From the NCBI GenBank assembly GCA_963702435.1, contig CAVPCR010000003.1:32001-96000 (forward strand): 64,000 bases of DNA, read 5' to 3'. Made by a program: the position numbers and the translations under genes. This DNA comes from Candidatus Eiseniibacteriota bacterium (GTDB lineage Bacteria; Eisenbacteria; RBG-16-71-46; CAVPCR01). Position 1 is the first letter of the stretch, and every line of letters begins with the position of its first letter. Shown here piece after piece: positions 12,281-24,544 of the stretch. Below the pieces are notes generated by a model. The model was not told the origin of the DNA and made no database searches. It saw only the letters and a program-made list of their open reading frames with translations.

Positions 12281-15200
12281 CTATTTGCCCTGATCATGCG
12301 GCACCGTGACCATCACAGAGACGGTCGTGGTCGCGCCGCAGGTGTTGGTCACCAGATAGGTGAGGGTATAGATGCGGCCACTCCCACTCCCAGAGCGTTC
12401 GGCACGCAGTTTGACGGTGTCGTTATCCACGATGATGATGTCGTTGGCGGTATCGCCGTCGCCCAATCCATTGTCAGGTTCGTTGGATGTGACCGAGACC
12501 AGCGTGACAGAGGCCGCATCGCTCGAAGTCACGAAGGATGCGTTCACCGTCACATACTTATGGTTGGCAGGCCACAGGCTGGTCTTCGAGAGCGTGACCG
12601 CCAAGGTCGGTCTCTGGCACAGGCCAATGATCACCGAGTCATGATCCGAGACGCGGAACTGGTCAGGCGCGTACAGGATGTTTTGCAGGTTGACGGTTTT
12701 GAAATCGGTGTTGTAATCCAGCACGGAAGGCTCGTCCGAGTTGATGTGATAGTCACCGACGCCCGTGATCTGCGAAACAATGGAGGCCGAACCAAGCGCG
12801 TGGTCGAGATAGCCCCATTGGCCGTCGAACACGTACGAGTACGCGTCAGCTCCAAGGAAGGATGAGATCAGGTTGGTGAAGCCCGCGTTGTGGATGACCA
12901 TGATCGGGTCTTCCATCGCGTAGGAGTTGTAGTCGCCGATCAACAGGATGTCGGGATCGCCCGTCCCCGTCGGGTCGGTGGCGAGCCAGTTCATCAGTTC
13001 GGTCGCCGCGTTGACGCGCACCTGGTTGCAGTTGCCCTGTCCATCGCCCTGGTCGGGCAGATCGCAGGCACTGCCCTTGCTCTTGAGATGGTTCACATCC
13101 ACAATGAAGACCTGTCCATTGGCATTTTGCGCGAAGGCCTGCGCCACTGTGGGGCGACTGCGCGGCGCGCTGTCACCGCCATTGACAAATGCAACCGTGT
13201 TAAGCACAGCCGTTTGTCCAACGGGTGTCACACTGGCTGGTTTGTAGATCATGCCTACTTTGATGGCATCCGTGCCCATGGCGTTGAGTTGACCGGTATT
13301 CGCGTCCACGTCAATAAAAGCATACGTGCCGGGCGCGGTGGCCGCGTTGAGTTGATCCACCAAATGTGCGATGGCGCTGGTCGGACCGTAGCCATCGTTC
13401 TCGATCTCATTGACGCCGATCACATCGGGATTCATCGCGAGGATCGCGGCGACGGTTTTCGGCCATTGGCGGTCAAACTCGGACTGTGTGTCTGCTCCAC
13501 GACAATCGGCCGCCGCGCCGCCGACGCCGAGCGCGCAGTTATCCACGTTGTCAGGCAGGCCGTCGAAGGTGTTGAAGTAGTTGAGCAGGTTCATGCCCAC
13601 CACTTTGAGCGACCCGCCCACTTCGGGAGCGGAGGTCGGGCGCGGGTTGGTCGGCTCAAAGTTGACATAGCCATTCAAAGCGTTGATCGGGCGAATGCGA
13701 TAGGCGTTGCCACTGGCAGAATTACCTGCCCAAGTGTAGTTCAGCACACCAACAATACCAGTCGCGGTATCGCCGCCGCGCAGGGTATTGCTCGCGCTGA
13801 GTGGAAGTCCGCCGCGGGCGAACAGGATCGGGTCAGGGTTTTGTGTCTGGGAGGCGTCATCCAAAATGATCTTGTTCAAATTATTGGCGACTTGCAAAGC
13901 ATCTGCCAACGGACCCGGTTGCATAGATATTGGTCGGTTGCTGGAGTCTTCCACCAGATGAGAGAACCACCTGGCCAAAGCGACCAAGTTGGAAGTGCTC
14001 GGTCACATACATGGTCTGTGGCAGGCGGACAAGCATACCTTCATATCGTTCAAGGAAATCAGGCGAGGCAACAGGGAAGGTCACATCGGTTGGGGTGACA
14101 GAACCCGTACCGCAGTTGACAATCGTTCCAACGGAGATTTGCGATTGTCCCTGATTTTCACCAGCTGTTCCAGTCACACGAACAATATCGCCCAGGCTGA
14201 CGGTATTGGCATTGCTACCCTCAAAGACGAAGATACCATCGGACGTAGCGGGATTTCCATCGCCGACCGGGTCTTGAATGAAGAAGCCGCGCAAGGCTGG
14301 GGATGCTCCCTCATAATCACCAACGACAACACCTTGTGTTGTTTGTGAACCAGTCAAAGCAACCGTTGCGCCACTACCCTGAATGGAATAGATCGGCGTG
14401 TACGCGACAGTGCACACATCGTAAGGTGAGAAGCCGACAGTGAAATCAAGAACCATGTTATCAGGCGGGTCGTTGGCATCCTGATCAGTAACATTGGCTG
14501 CATAGACGGTCAATGTGCAGGTTTCGCCGCCGACAAGATTTACAGCCGGGTCAAGCGTGAAGCTGGAAGGTCCGCCGCTGACTATGGCAGAAACAATCCC
14601 GCTGGTGGAGCAGGATAATTCGAACCATGAACCAGTCAGGTCAACAGGCTCGCTGAACGTTACATTCAGATTAGCCGCGATCGGAAAGTCAGTTGCACCG
14701 TCAACAGGATAGGTGCTATCAACTTCAGGAGCCGCGTCAATGGGTGAGCAAGTAGCTGTATGGGAACCCAGTCCGCCAAAAGTGTCCTGAGCAAAGATCT
14801 CCCATTCCAAAGCCGCATCAAATGTATCGCCTGAGTTAGTATCGCCAGCACAAATGGTCTCAGCACGGCGCAGGGTGTCATTCTCACCGCCACCAGGCCA
14901 TTGGCTACCCGGGTCAAAGCCAACCTGACCGAATGCATCAATGACTGTAGTTCCTTTGCGAAGCAAAACCGCATCGTCACCGTTGAACCGAAGCGGTCCC
15001 TGCGGTTTGATCAGCCTGGGCAAGAATGATAGCGTTGGCGTTGGTGGGCGCAACTACGTAAACATCGCCATTTGCAACAGTGCCGCTCAGGTTGAATGGT
15101 AAACGTTGAGGTTCCCCATTAAACGACATAAACACGTTATATCCACCCGCTCCCAAATTTATTGCGGCGCCAGTACCATTATAGATCTCAAGCGCCTTAT

Positions 15201-15339
15201 TATTGCTGGAGCCTTCGATATACTCTGAAAAGAACAATTCTGTTGGCGTGGCCGCTTGCGCGCCCTGCACTGGCATAGAAGCAAGCATCAGCGCCAGAAT
15301 AACAAAAACAGAAAACACCTTGGGCAACGACTTCTTCAT
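12281..15339 (-). CDS. ExeM/NucH-family extracellular endonuclease (signal peptide, lamin-tail domain, Ig-like, OB-fold, EEP nuclease); two frameshifts
   Basis: LFFSEYIEGSSNNKALEIYN, GFFIQD...TSDGIFV, NLLNYFN, VNHLKSKG, IGDYNSY, YLDHAL and SDHD motifs across ORFs 14977-15339, 13881-15053, 12281-13987. Confidence 0.92.
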
Positions 15340-15569
15340 GCGATTCTCCTTATGAGGTTATGGGTTTTGAACGTGGCTTACATGGACAAAAAACTGGTTC
15401 CGCAAAGTCATGGCTCTCAGGCGATGTGCCTCCTTGGTTTAATGGTTGTCACTCATCCGATCAACCCCACTTCAATATCATTGTATGTTAGATCCTAACA
15501 AAAATGCAAGCAATGGAAGTTCAAAAAACGAACAACCGTGCCTTGTTCCGAACTGCTATAATCCGCCGC

Positions 15570-16400
15570 ATGGATTCGTCCCCATCTCCCCGCCCGCGCT
15601 TCTGGACGCGCGCAACTCGTCCATTTTGCTGGGCGGGTTTTTCCTTGTCATTTTCCTGATCGTCTACATTTGGTGGCCGCTGGCGGAGGAAGTTCTTTCG
15701 TACATTGACTGGAGCGGTCCGTGGTGGCGTTACATGGACTGGCTGCTGCTCGGCGTGTTCGCTTTCATGTCGCTGACCATCGTCGCCCGCGCGGACTTGA
15801 AGGTTGACACGCTGATCGTTTTTGTGGGCGATGTGCGGAGGGCTGGCCATCGAGAGTCTGGGGCACGCAGACGAACTTGTGGCATTACTACACCGCTGAA
15901 CGTCCGCCGCTGTGGATCATCCCCGCCTGGCCAATTGCGAGTTTGTCCATTGATCGGATAACAAGGCTTCTTTCTTATTTAACCACAAAGGTCACGAAGG
16001 AACACAAAGGGGATTCGTTCCTTATTCAAATTGCTTTACTGGCTAACCTTCCTTCCTTTCTGATTTTGATGTTGATCTTCGTTTCGCGCCGACATTCGAC
16101 AAGTCTTATACCTGGCTTTCCTTGGCATTATGCGTTCTCCTCATTATGACTCCGACCGATTATCGCTACGCCTTCCTGACCTTCGTGGCGGGCGCGGGGC
16201 TGGGATATTTCCTCGAATTGTGGGGGACAACCCGCGAGTGCTGGACATATTACACCTATCAAACTCCGCCGCTGTTCGCGGTGTTGGCGCATGGCATGGC
16301 CGCGGTCGCGTTTTGGCGCGCGGGATTGGTGGTGAAAATGATCGGGGGAAGAGTCCCGCGTGGGTGGACGCGGCAGGCCAAAGTCCGGGAAGAAGCGTAG
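15570..16400 (+). CDS. Polytopic membrane protein with duplicated E.WGT...W.YY motif, frameshifted
   Basis: Fragments 15446-15961, 15877-16149, 16122-16400 are collinear and hydrophobic. Confidence 0.7.
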
Positions 16401-16458
16401 AAATCTCGCACTCATTGATCATCGCCAATATAGAGTGGCATATAATCCCGTCGACCTA

Positions 16459-16485
16459 TAATAAACTGACATGTCCGGTTTATTA
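16459..16485. promoter_or_regulatory. Probable TetR operator just downstream of a TATAAT -10 box (16441-16446)
   Basis: Near-palindrome taataaactgacatgtccggtttatta immediately upstream of the TetR gene. Confidence 0.6.
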
Positions 16486-16498
16486 AAATAAGGAAAAT

Positions 16499-17193
16499 AT
16501 GCCACAGCGTTTATTAAACCTATCGAAGAAGATTATGCCGCAAGTCGCAAGGAAATTTTGGATGTCGCCCGCCAGTTGGTGTATACCAAGGGCTACGAGC
16601 AGATGTCCATCCAGGATATTCTGGATGCGATGAAGATCTCGAAGGGGGCGTTTTACCATTACTTTGATTCCAAACAGGATGTTGATGGACGGTTTGATCG
16701 ACCGCATGCTCGATGATGCGGAACTGATCCTGCGCCCCATTGCAGACAACCCCGAACTCTCTGCCATCGAAAAATTGCGCTCTTATTTCGACGCGGGCGG
16801 ACGTTGGAAGGTGGCGCAGAAAGCGTTCATGCTCGACCTGTTGCGGATCTGGCGCTCGGACACGAACGCCCTCATGCGACAAAAGCAGGAAGCCGCGGCG
16901 ATGAAGCGCATTGCGCCCGTGCTGGCCGAGATCATCCGACAGGGGATCGCGGAGGGCGTGTTCTCCACGAAATATCCCGAACAATTTGGGAGCATGCTCA
17001 TGGGGTTGTCGCGCGGCTTCGAGGATCGGTGGCGAACCTGTTGCTGGCCGATCATCCCCCGCCCGACGCGTTGGAACAACTGGACGCGGCCATCGGCGCG
17101 TATTCCGATTCGATGGAACGGATCCTGGGCGCGCCCACTGGTTCCCTGCCGCTGGCCGATATTGAAACGTTGAAAGAATGGTTATCCATTTAG
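16499..17193 (+). CDS. TetR/AcrR family regulator, frameshifted
   Basis: RKEILDVARQLVYTKGYEQMSIQDILDAMKISKGAFYHYFDSK HTH read from DNA; C-terminal part in ORFs 16664-17173 and 16804-17193. Confidence 0.88.
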
Positions 17194-17294
17194 CACAGTA
17201 CCGCACACTGCCCTGGCGGGCAGTGCCAGGGAGATTTATCTTGCGATTACAGGCAACATAAATGTTGCGAGTACCGCAAAACAAGGAGACAAGA

Positions 17295-18557
17295 ATGATC
17301 CTCTACCTGCGCCTCGCATGGCGCAACATCTGGCGGCACCGCCGCCGCACCATCAACATCATCCTGGCCATGAGTTTGAGCCTCGGCTTGATGATGTGGT
17401 ACGACGGTCTGATTGATGGTTTCAACAACGCCATCTACGGGAACGCCATCCGCGTGCTGGGCGGCAACATCCAGATCCACGCGGCGGGCTACCGCGCAAA
17501 GGTGGACAGCAACCCGCTCCTCCCGTTGGCGGATGACGCGGCCGTCGTCCAGGCCGCGCTTGCGCACCCCGACGTCATCTCGGCCACGCGTCGCATCCAG
17601 ACGGGCGGACTGCTCAGCAATCGCGAGGGCGCCTTCGGCGTCAGCATCATCGGCATTGACCCTGACGCGGAGGCCGCGCTCATCAAAGAAGGAAACGACG
17701 CGGGCAAGCCGCTCAGCCTGATCGCGCAGAACATCAAAGAGGGCGAGTGGCTGACCGCGGACGGCGGCGATGTGATCCTGATCGGCCGCGGCATGGCGGA
17801 TGTGATGGATGTGAAAGTCGGCGACCGCATCACGATGGTCGGAAGCGACATTCACAAGCAGAACCGCCAGCGCACGATGACCGTTGTCGGCATTTACGAT
17901 ATCGGCATCCCCACGATGGAAAGGCAGTCCGCTTACATTCCGTTGGCGGAGGCGCAGGCCTTGTTCGGCCTGGACGGACAGTCCACCGAGATTCAGGTCA
18001 ACATCAAGCGGCTCGGCGAAGAGGACAAGGTTGTGTCCGCGCTGGCGCCTGCTCTGCCTGGCTACGAGGTCGAATCGTGGAATAAGAATTATCCCGAACT
18101 GGAAACCGCCATCAACAGCAAGGGCGCGGCGATGACCGTCTTCGGCATCATCATCATCTCCATCGCGGCGATCGGCATCCTGAACCTGTTGCTGATGGCC
18201 GTCTACGAGCGGACGCGTGAGATCGGTCTGCTCGGCGCGATGGGAATGAAGCCGCGCCAGATCGCGACATTGTTCGTGCTCGAAGGCGCGCTGATCGGAC
18301 TGGTCGGCGCGGCCGCAGGCGTGGTGGTCGGATTGATCATCAACGGCATCTCCGCCCAGGTCGGGTTGGATTACACCGCCTACGCCTCCATGAGCGATTA
18401 CATGGCGCTGATCAACAGCCGCATTTATCCCTCGATGGGATTGCAGAATCTGGGCTGGCGCGCTGGCACCGTGGTGCTCATCTCCACGCTGGCCGCCTTC
18501 ATCCCCGCCCGCGAAGCCTCGCACCGCGAACCCGCGGAGGCGTTGCATTACGTTTAG
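17295..18557 (+). CDS. ABC transporter permease (MacB/FtsX/LolE family)
   Basis: LAWRNIWRHRRRT start and ERTREIGLLGAMG motif. Confidence 0.92.
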   Translation: MILYLRLAWRNIWRHRRRTINIILAMSLSLGLMMWYDGLIDGFNNAIYGNAIRVLGGNIQIHAAGYRAKVDSNPLLPLADDAAVVQAALAHPDVISATRRIQTGGLLSNREGAFGVSIIGIDPDAEAALIKEGNDAGKPLSLIAQNIKEGEWLTADGGDVILIGRGMADVMDVKVGDRITMVGSDIHKQNRQRTMTVVGIYDIGIPTMERQSAYIPLAEAQALFGLDGQSTEIQVNIKRLGEEDKVVSALAPALPGYEVESWNKNYPELETAINSKGAAMTVFGIIIISIAAIGILNLLLMAVYERTREIGLLGAMGMKPRQIATLFVLEGALIGLVGAAAGVVVGLIINGISAQVGLDYTAYASMSDYMALINSRIYPSMGLQNLGWRAGTVVLISTLAAFIPAREASHREPAEALHYV

Positions 18558-18561
18558 CAAA

Positions 18562-18656
18562 AAACCTGACATGTCTCCGCGAGGAACTCGCCAACAATGG
18601 CTCTGTCCATACAAAGAAGTCTGATCGTCAGACTCCCAATGAGACATGTCAGGTTT
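18562..18656. repeat. 16-bp perfect inverted repeat with 63-bp spacer (REP-like)
   Basis: aaacctgacatgtctc (18562-18577) and gagacatgtcaggttt (18641-18656). Confidence 0.75.
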
Positions 18657-18668
18657 GGAGAACACACT

Positions 18669-19894
18669 ATGTTCCAACTCTTCAAAATGGCCTTCCGCGA
18701 TCTGGGACGCAACAAACGCCGCACGCTCCTTTCGGCGCTGGCGGTGACGGTGGGATTGGGCATGCTCATCATGATGTCGGGCGTGCTGGTCGGCGAAATG
18801 CAAGGCGCACTCAAGAACACCATCCAACTGTTCAGCGGACATCTCCAGATCCGCGGTTTGAATTACGATGAAAACAAGATCAGCCTGAAATGGGAAGACT
18901 TGATCGAAAACCCGCAGGGACTGGCAGACACGGTCAAGGCGCAATATCCGCAGATCGTGGACGCGACCCCGCGCCTCGTCGCGAGCGGAATCGTGACACG
19001 CGGCGAAAATTCCCGTGGAGTCCAGGTCATCGGCACTTGACCCCGAAGCGCAGGCGAACCAGGTCTATCGTCAAGGTTTGATCGAAGGCGACTTCCTCGC
19101 CACCGACGACCGCGAGGGAATCCTCATCGGTCAACCGCTGGCAGAGAAATTCGGTCTCGCAGTCGGCGAGCAGATCAACCTGCTGGTCAACACCTCCAAC
19201 GGCGATGTGGTCGAGCAAATGTTCACCATCCGCGGCATCTACACCACCAACACGTTTGGCTACGATGAAAGCACGGTTTTCCTGCCGCTCGCCAAGGCGC
19301 AGACCATCACGGGTGCGGAGGATCGCGCCAGCCTGATCTTCATCATGTTGAAGGATAAAGAGCAGGCCGAGACCGTCGCCGCGGCGTTGCAATCGCCGGA
19401 CTACACGGTTGTCACCTGGCGAGACATGAACGCTATGATCGTCCAGGTGGATGAATTTGCCAACGCCTACATGACCATCTTCTATCTCATCGTGCTGGGC
19501 ATCACCGCCACCGTCGTCTCGAACACGCTGGTCATGTCGGTCTTCGAGCGGACGCGCGAGATCGGCATCCTGGCCGCCATCGGCATGAAGGGACGCCGCA
19601 TCCTGGCGCAGTTCCTGGTCGAGGCCGCGCTCATTGCCACCCTCGGCGTCATCGGCGGAATTATCTTTGGCGGCGCGATCACGTACTATTTCGGCGTCAC
19701 CGGTTTCCCGATGGACATCAGCAAGTTTGGTCTGACAGGCATTCTGATCGAAAACAGGATCTACACCCAACTGACCCTCAACAACGTCATCTACCTGAGT
19801 TTCCTCACATACATTGTCACCATCGTCGCCTCATTCGCCCCCGCCCGCATGGCCTCCCGCATGGAGCCAGTGGAAGCATTGCACGGAAAAGTAA
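18669..19894 (+). CDS. Second MacB/LolE-family ABC permease, frameshifted
   Basis: [13 protein letters not shown] and [13 protein letters not shown]; likely true stop at 19892-19894. Confidence 0.88.
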
Positions 19895-19911
19895 AGGAAG
19901 GAGAAATAAAC

Positions 19912-20604
19912 ATGGAAGTCGCAAACATCTCGAATGTCACTCGTAATTTCACCATCGGCAAAGTGGAAACACGCGCCCTGCGCGGCGTGAATCTCAAAAT
20001 CGAATCAGGCGAATTCACTGCCCTGGTCGGACCCTCGGGTTCAGGCAAAACCACCCTGCTCCAGATCATCGGCTGTCTCGACCAGCCCACTACAGGCTCG
20101 GTCATCATCAACGGGCAGGATGTGACCAAACTCAGCCGCAACCAGCGCGCCGACCTTCGCAAAGGCACGCTCGGATTCGTGTTCCAATTCTTCGCGCTCA
20201 TCCCCACGCTCAACGCCTACGAGAACGTGGAAATGCCCCTGCTCCTCGGCGGGCAGAAGAACGGCTCGCGCCGCGAACGCGTCATGGAATTGCTCAACGC
20301 CGTCGGTCTCGCGGACCGCGTCCACCACCGCCCCGACCAACTCAGCGGCGGCGAGCAACAACGCGTCGCGGTCGCCCGCGCCCTCGTCACCCGCCCGGTC
20401 ATTGTCCTCGCGGATGAGCCGACCGCCAACCTCGACACCGAGAACGGCAAGCAGGTCATGGAGATTATCTCCAAACTCAACAAGGAGACAGGCGTCACCT
20501 TCGTCTTCGCCACCCACGATCCCCGCGTTATCGGGTATGCCAACCGGGTTGTCACCCTCCGTGATGGTGTGATAGAAAAAGATAGTCGGACTAACGGAAA
20601 ATAG
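19912..20604 (+). CDS. ABC transporter ATP-binding protein (LolD-like)
   Basis: [23 protein letters not shown]; own ggag RBS. Confidence 0.93.
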   Translation: MEVANISNVTRNFTIGKVETRALRGVNLKIESGEFTALVGPSGSGKTTLLQIIGCLDQPTTGSVIINGQDVTKLSRNQRADLRKGTLGFVFQFFALIPTLNAYENVEMPLLLGGQKNGSRRERVMELLNAVGLADRVHHRPDQLSGGEQQRVAVARALVTRPVIVLADEPTANLDTENGKQVMEIISKLNKETGVTFVFATHDPRVIGYANRVVTLRDGVIEKDSRTNGK

Positions 20605-20623
20605 CGCCCTTACAGGAGAAAAC

Positions 20624-21423
20624 ATGAAACGACTGATTATTCCGACTATTTTGATTTTGACCTTGACTCTCGCGGCCTGCTCTGGCCTCCCCTCCTCTTC
20701 GCCGACGCCTCTTCCCACGGTTGCGCTGGATCCCGTTTCCCCAAGCGGATCATCCGCTGAAGGCATCACTGCTTCTGCTGTTGTTGTCCCGATCCAGACT
20801 GTCCAACTGTCCTTCCCCGCGATTGGACGCGTCAAATCCGTCGATGTGAAAGTGGGCGACAAGGTTAAGGCCGGACAGCCACTGATCCATCTCGATACCA
20901 CCTTGCAGGAAGCGCGCGTCCGGGAGGCAGAGGCCAATTTAGCGGCGGCCGAGATCCAGGTCAAGTTTTTGAAGCGGGTGGGGACAGACGAGCGAAATCT
21001 CGAATTCTGCCGAGGCAGACGTTGAACGCGCGCAGGCCCTGCTGGATTCCGCAAAAGCGACATTGGAATCCCAGGCCACCCTCGCCGCGCCCTTCGACGG
21101 GACAGTTGTCTCCGTTGATGTTGCCACTGCCGAAACTGTTGTGCCGGGACGCGTCATCATCGTGCTGGGCGACCTGTCGCATTACCAGGATCGAAACCAC
21201 CGATCTAAGCGAGCGTGACGTGACGCGTGTCAAGATCGGGCAGGCTGTCAACATCTCCATCGAAGCGCTTGGCCAAACCTTCACTGGCAAAGTGGCGGAG
21301 ATCGCCCTCGTCTCGTCCACCCTTGGCGGCGATGTGGTCTACGCCGTCACCATCGAACTGGATGAGCAACCCGCTGGCCTGCTGTGGGGAATGAGCGCCG
21401 ACGTGGAAATCCAAGCCGAGTGA
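20624..21423 (+). CDS. Efflux periplasmic adaptor (HlyD/MFP) lipoprotein, frameshifted
   Basis: Lipobox LAAC; lipoyl half-motifs VKVGDKVKAGQ and APFDG; LLWGMSADV. Confidence 0.85.
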
Positions 21424-21441
21424 TTTGAGATGGAGTTCGGA

Positions 21442-22231
21442 ATGAAACGATTTATTTTCATGCTCCTCAGCCTGGCTGTCATTCTGACGCTGGCAACCGG
21501 CCCTGCGAATGTGCACGCCCAGGTTAACATCCCAGTGACTGCGTCAGCGGTGATCGTCCCCGCGGTAGGTCTCAGACATGGGGTTTCTCACCACCGCGCT
21601 TGTACGCGAGATTCCCGTTAAAGAGGGTGACGTGGTTAAGGCCGGGCAAATACTGGCCTCGCTCGAGACGACCGATTTGGAATATGCTGTAGCCGCGGCA
21701 GAGGCATCCTACCGGTCAGCGCAATCCTACGCCGACCTACAGCGCTACCGCACGGTCAAAAAATATGATTTCCGAGGCCGTCCATATTTGGAATATATGC
21801 CGCGCGAAGTCTATCTGAGGGCCGATGCGCTTGCGGCAATGGCGCGCGCCTCCTGGGAGACGGCGCAGATCAATCTTGCGCAATACACCCTGCTGGCTCC
21901 CTACGATGGGACCGTGGTTGCTGTCCATGCCCTGCCCGGCGAACTCGTTCAACTGGACCAAACCGTCATCACCATCGCCATGCTGGACAAAATGCAAATC
22001 GAGACCACCGATCTGGGCGAACGAGACATCACCAAGATCAAGGTCGGTCAATCGGCAACAGTTTTCATTGAAGCGCTTAGCACAGAATTCGCTGCAACCA
22101 TTGTCGCCATCTCGCCCCGCGCCGAAACCCTTGGCGGAGACGTAGTCTATAAAGTCACCCTTGCCTTCGAAGAGATTCCCAAAGGCCTGCTCTGGGGCAT
22201 GACAGCCGAAGTGGAAATCGAAGCAAAGTAG
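21442..22231 (+). CDS. Second efflux periplasmic adaptor (HlyD/MFP), frameshifted
   Basis: VKEGDVVKAGQ, LLAPYDG, LLWGMTAEV; paralog of the preceding gene. Confidence 0.85.
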
Positions 22232-22260
22232 AGTAGAGCGAGACAATGTCTCGCTCTACT
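22232..22260 (+). terminator. GTAG-type REP-like hairpin or terminator
   Basis: agtagagcgagaca-a-tgtctcgctctact directly after the operon stop. Confidence 0.7.
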
Positions 22261-22379
22261 CTTTATTACTCCTGTCTGTCCCCAGCCAGATAGATGAAGA
22301 TTCTGCCAAAAGGGCCGCACAAAACCAAAAACACGCTAGAATGGGAAAATCCTGATCAACAAAAAAGGAAGGAGACGCC

Positions 22380-23300
22380 ATGTCATTCTCACAAGTCCTC
22401 GAGGTCGCCATTGGTCTCGTATTGGTGTATTACGTTCTGGGTTCCATCATTTCGTGGCTCACGAAGATCATCCTCGAAATGCAGGAGACGCGTGGCAAAG
22501 TGCTGGAGAAATACCTTCACAAGATCGCCGGTGACAAGACCGTAGACCTGACCAAACTGCCGCAGATGAAAGCGCTTCAGCCCATTCGTTATAAAACCCC
22601 CCTATCGGTATTCAGTTCAACCACTGTGGCCAAGAAGATCGAAAAAGTACCCGTCGCCACCCTGGTAAACTCCTTCTTCGACCTGACCGGGTTGACAGGC
22701 CGCCCGGAAATGGACGCGGCCCAATTGAAGGAAATCGTCGGCGCGCTCCCTGAATCCGAGGGAAAACAGGCCATGCTCAAGTGGATAGACCAGGGCGTGA
22801 CCAACACCAATACTCTGCGGACGCGCGTCAACTCCTACTTCACAGGTTTGCTCGACCAGGCCGCCTCCAAGTACAAAGCCCACGCGCGCAGTTTCGTTAT
22901 TTCCTTTTCCATTCTCTTGACGCTGATCCTTGGAACAGACAGCATTCAACTGGCAAAGAACCTGTGGAATAACGCTGAACTACGCACCCTTACCGCCGGG
23001 CAGGCCCAGATTGTCATTGATCAGGGAGCAGAGACACTGGATTTCCAAGCCAGCATCAACGCGCTGAAGCAATTCTCCATTATCAGGATCGGATGGTGGC
23101 AATTGGAAGATGCCCTCCCCGATGACTCCAGCATACTGGCCTGGGTGGGATTCATCCTCTTGAAACTGCTTGGCCTGAGCCTGACCGCCGTGGCTGTGTC
23201 ACAAGGGTCTTCCTTCTGGTATGACCTGCTCAAAAAATTATCAACCTCGCCCGAAAAAATCCCCGCTCCCGCGGGCGGAGAAACTGAAGACTCAGGCTGA
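22380..23300 (+). CDS. Hypothetical membrane protein
   Basis: 306-aa ORF with aggag RBS; TM segments at both ends. Confidence 0.8.
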   Translation: MSFSQVLEVAIGLVLVYYVLGSIISWLTKIILEMQETRGKVLEKYLHKIAGDKTVDLTKLPQMKALQPIRYKTPLSVFSSTTVAKKIEKVPVATLVNSFFDLTGLTGRPEMDAAQLKEIVGALPESEGKQAMLKWIDQGVTNTNTLRTRVNSYFTGLLDQAASKYKAHARSFVISFSILLTLILGTDSIQLAKNLWNNAELRTLTAGQAQIVIDQGAETLDFQASINALKQFSIIRIGWWQLEDALPDDSSILAWVGFILLKLLGLSLTAVAVSQGSSFWYDLLKKLSTSPEKIPAPAGGETEDSG

Positions 23301-23492
23301 GGTAGAAAACCTCCAATTTTTTTGAACTGAACCCCCGAAAACAGATATGACTGTCAAGGGGGTTTTTGTCTGTAACAGATCTCCCCTCCACCCACACAGG
23401 ACACAGCAGAAGGCTTGCGCGCCGGGTCGTTTGGGAATTGAAAGCCGCGGCTGGGACGTTCATGGGTATAATAGGCTTATCCAAAGGATTCC

Positions 23493-23795
23493 ATGACCGA
23501 AGCAACCGTTTCACCCTCCCCACAGCCTTTCCCATGCACTGAATGCGCATCTGGTCTCATGCACCTGCGCTTCATCACGTACTTCACCTGGCTGAACGAG
23601 GAACTCGTCACCGTGCCAAATTTCCCCGCCTGGGTATGCGACGTTTGCGGGCGGCGCGAATACGACGAGAAAGCCATTTCCTGGCTGACCATGCTCCTGA
23701 ACCCAAACGCGGGCCACCCCACCCAGCGGAAACGCGTCCCGCCTCGCACCCGACCCCGGCCTGAGTCGCCGCGCCCCAGCCCCGATCAAAGCTGA
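23493..23795 (+). CDS. YgiT/MqsA-type zinc-finger protein
   Basis: CTEC...VPNFPAWVCDVCG. Confidence 0.82.
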   Translation: MTEATVSPSPQPFPCTECASGLMHLRFITYFTWLNEELVTVPNFPAWVCDVCGRREYDEKAISWLTMLLNPNAGHPTQRKRVPPRTRPRPESPRPSPDQS

Positions 23796-23813
23796 CGAGG
23801 AGTCTGCCCCGCC

Positions 23814-24362
23814 ATGGACACATCCCCACGCACCCACCGCTTCCTACCCGTTGACATACTTACATCCAGTTACAGGGTGGTAGGCAAAGTATCTGTCTCG
23901 ACCAACGGCGTAATGGGGATGATGAACGACCCCACCCACTCCTACATGGAAGTGATGGATGCACGACTGGCCCGCATCCACATGCCCACCAAACTGGTCG
24001 ACCATTTTGAAGTGGTGCGCATGTTCAAACGGCAGGTATTTGCCATCGCTCTCGCCCGACGCGAAGACCTCGGCCCACAGGCGCTGGTACGCGGCGGGTT
24101 TGGGACCTTCACTGAGTACCCCGTGCGGGTCACCACCCAGGTTTACGAGATCGAGGGTAAGGTTGAGTATCCTGGTCGGTTTGACTTTTCCGCGCTAATG
24201 GCAGAGGGAAGCCGCGACTTCATCCCCATCTTCGATGCCACATTGACCGCCATCCTCATTTCCACCCTGCACGTCGAAAGCCCGGGCATGTTGTTCAATC
24301 GCACCCAGGCAGACCTGCTGGCTTTGCAGGGTCAGCGCGTCAAAGTGCAAAGTGGATCGTAA
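23814..24362 (+). CDS. Hypothetical protein with internally duplicated small beta domain
   Basis: 182-aa ORF with gaggag RBS; LTSSYRVVG / TTQVYEIEG duplication. Confidence 0.72.
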   Translation: MDTSPRTHRFLPVDILTSSYRVVGKVSVSTNGVMGMMNDPTHSYMEVMDARLARIHMPTKLVDHFEVVRMFKRQVFAIALARREDLGPQALVRGGFGTFTEYPVRVTTQVYEIEGKVEYPGRFDFSALMAEGSRDFIPIFDATLTAILISTLHVESPGMLFNRTQADLLALQGQRVKVQSGS

Positions 24363-24471
24363 AATCGCTTGACCAATTTATAGTGGGGATGATAAAATCC
24401 TGCCCGCTTGGTTTGGGAAACTCCATTTCGCCGCAAACCACACCGCTGGCAAGAGTCCAGCGGGGCAACCT

Positions 24472-24544
24472 GCCCCCATCGTCTAGTGGACTAGGACGCA
24501 GCCCTTTCAAGGCTACGACCGGGGTTCGAATCCCCGTGGGGGCA
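24472..24544 (+). tRNA. tRNA-Glu (TTC)
   Basis: gcccccatcgtctagtgg...ctTTCaa...ggttcgaatccccgtgggggca cloverleaf; CCA not encoded. Confidence 0.95.

Noticed and set aside
15340..15480. Riboswitch upstream of the ExeM nuclease (also checked 60770-61100)
   Set aside because: No recognisable aptamer consensus
19015..20604. Apparent permease-ATPase fusion ORF
   Set aside because: Removing one A from ggaaaagtaa puts TAA in frame, and the ATPase has its own RBS and ATG at 19912; probably an indel error
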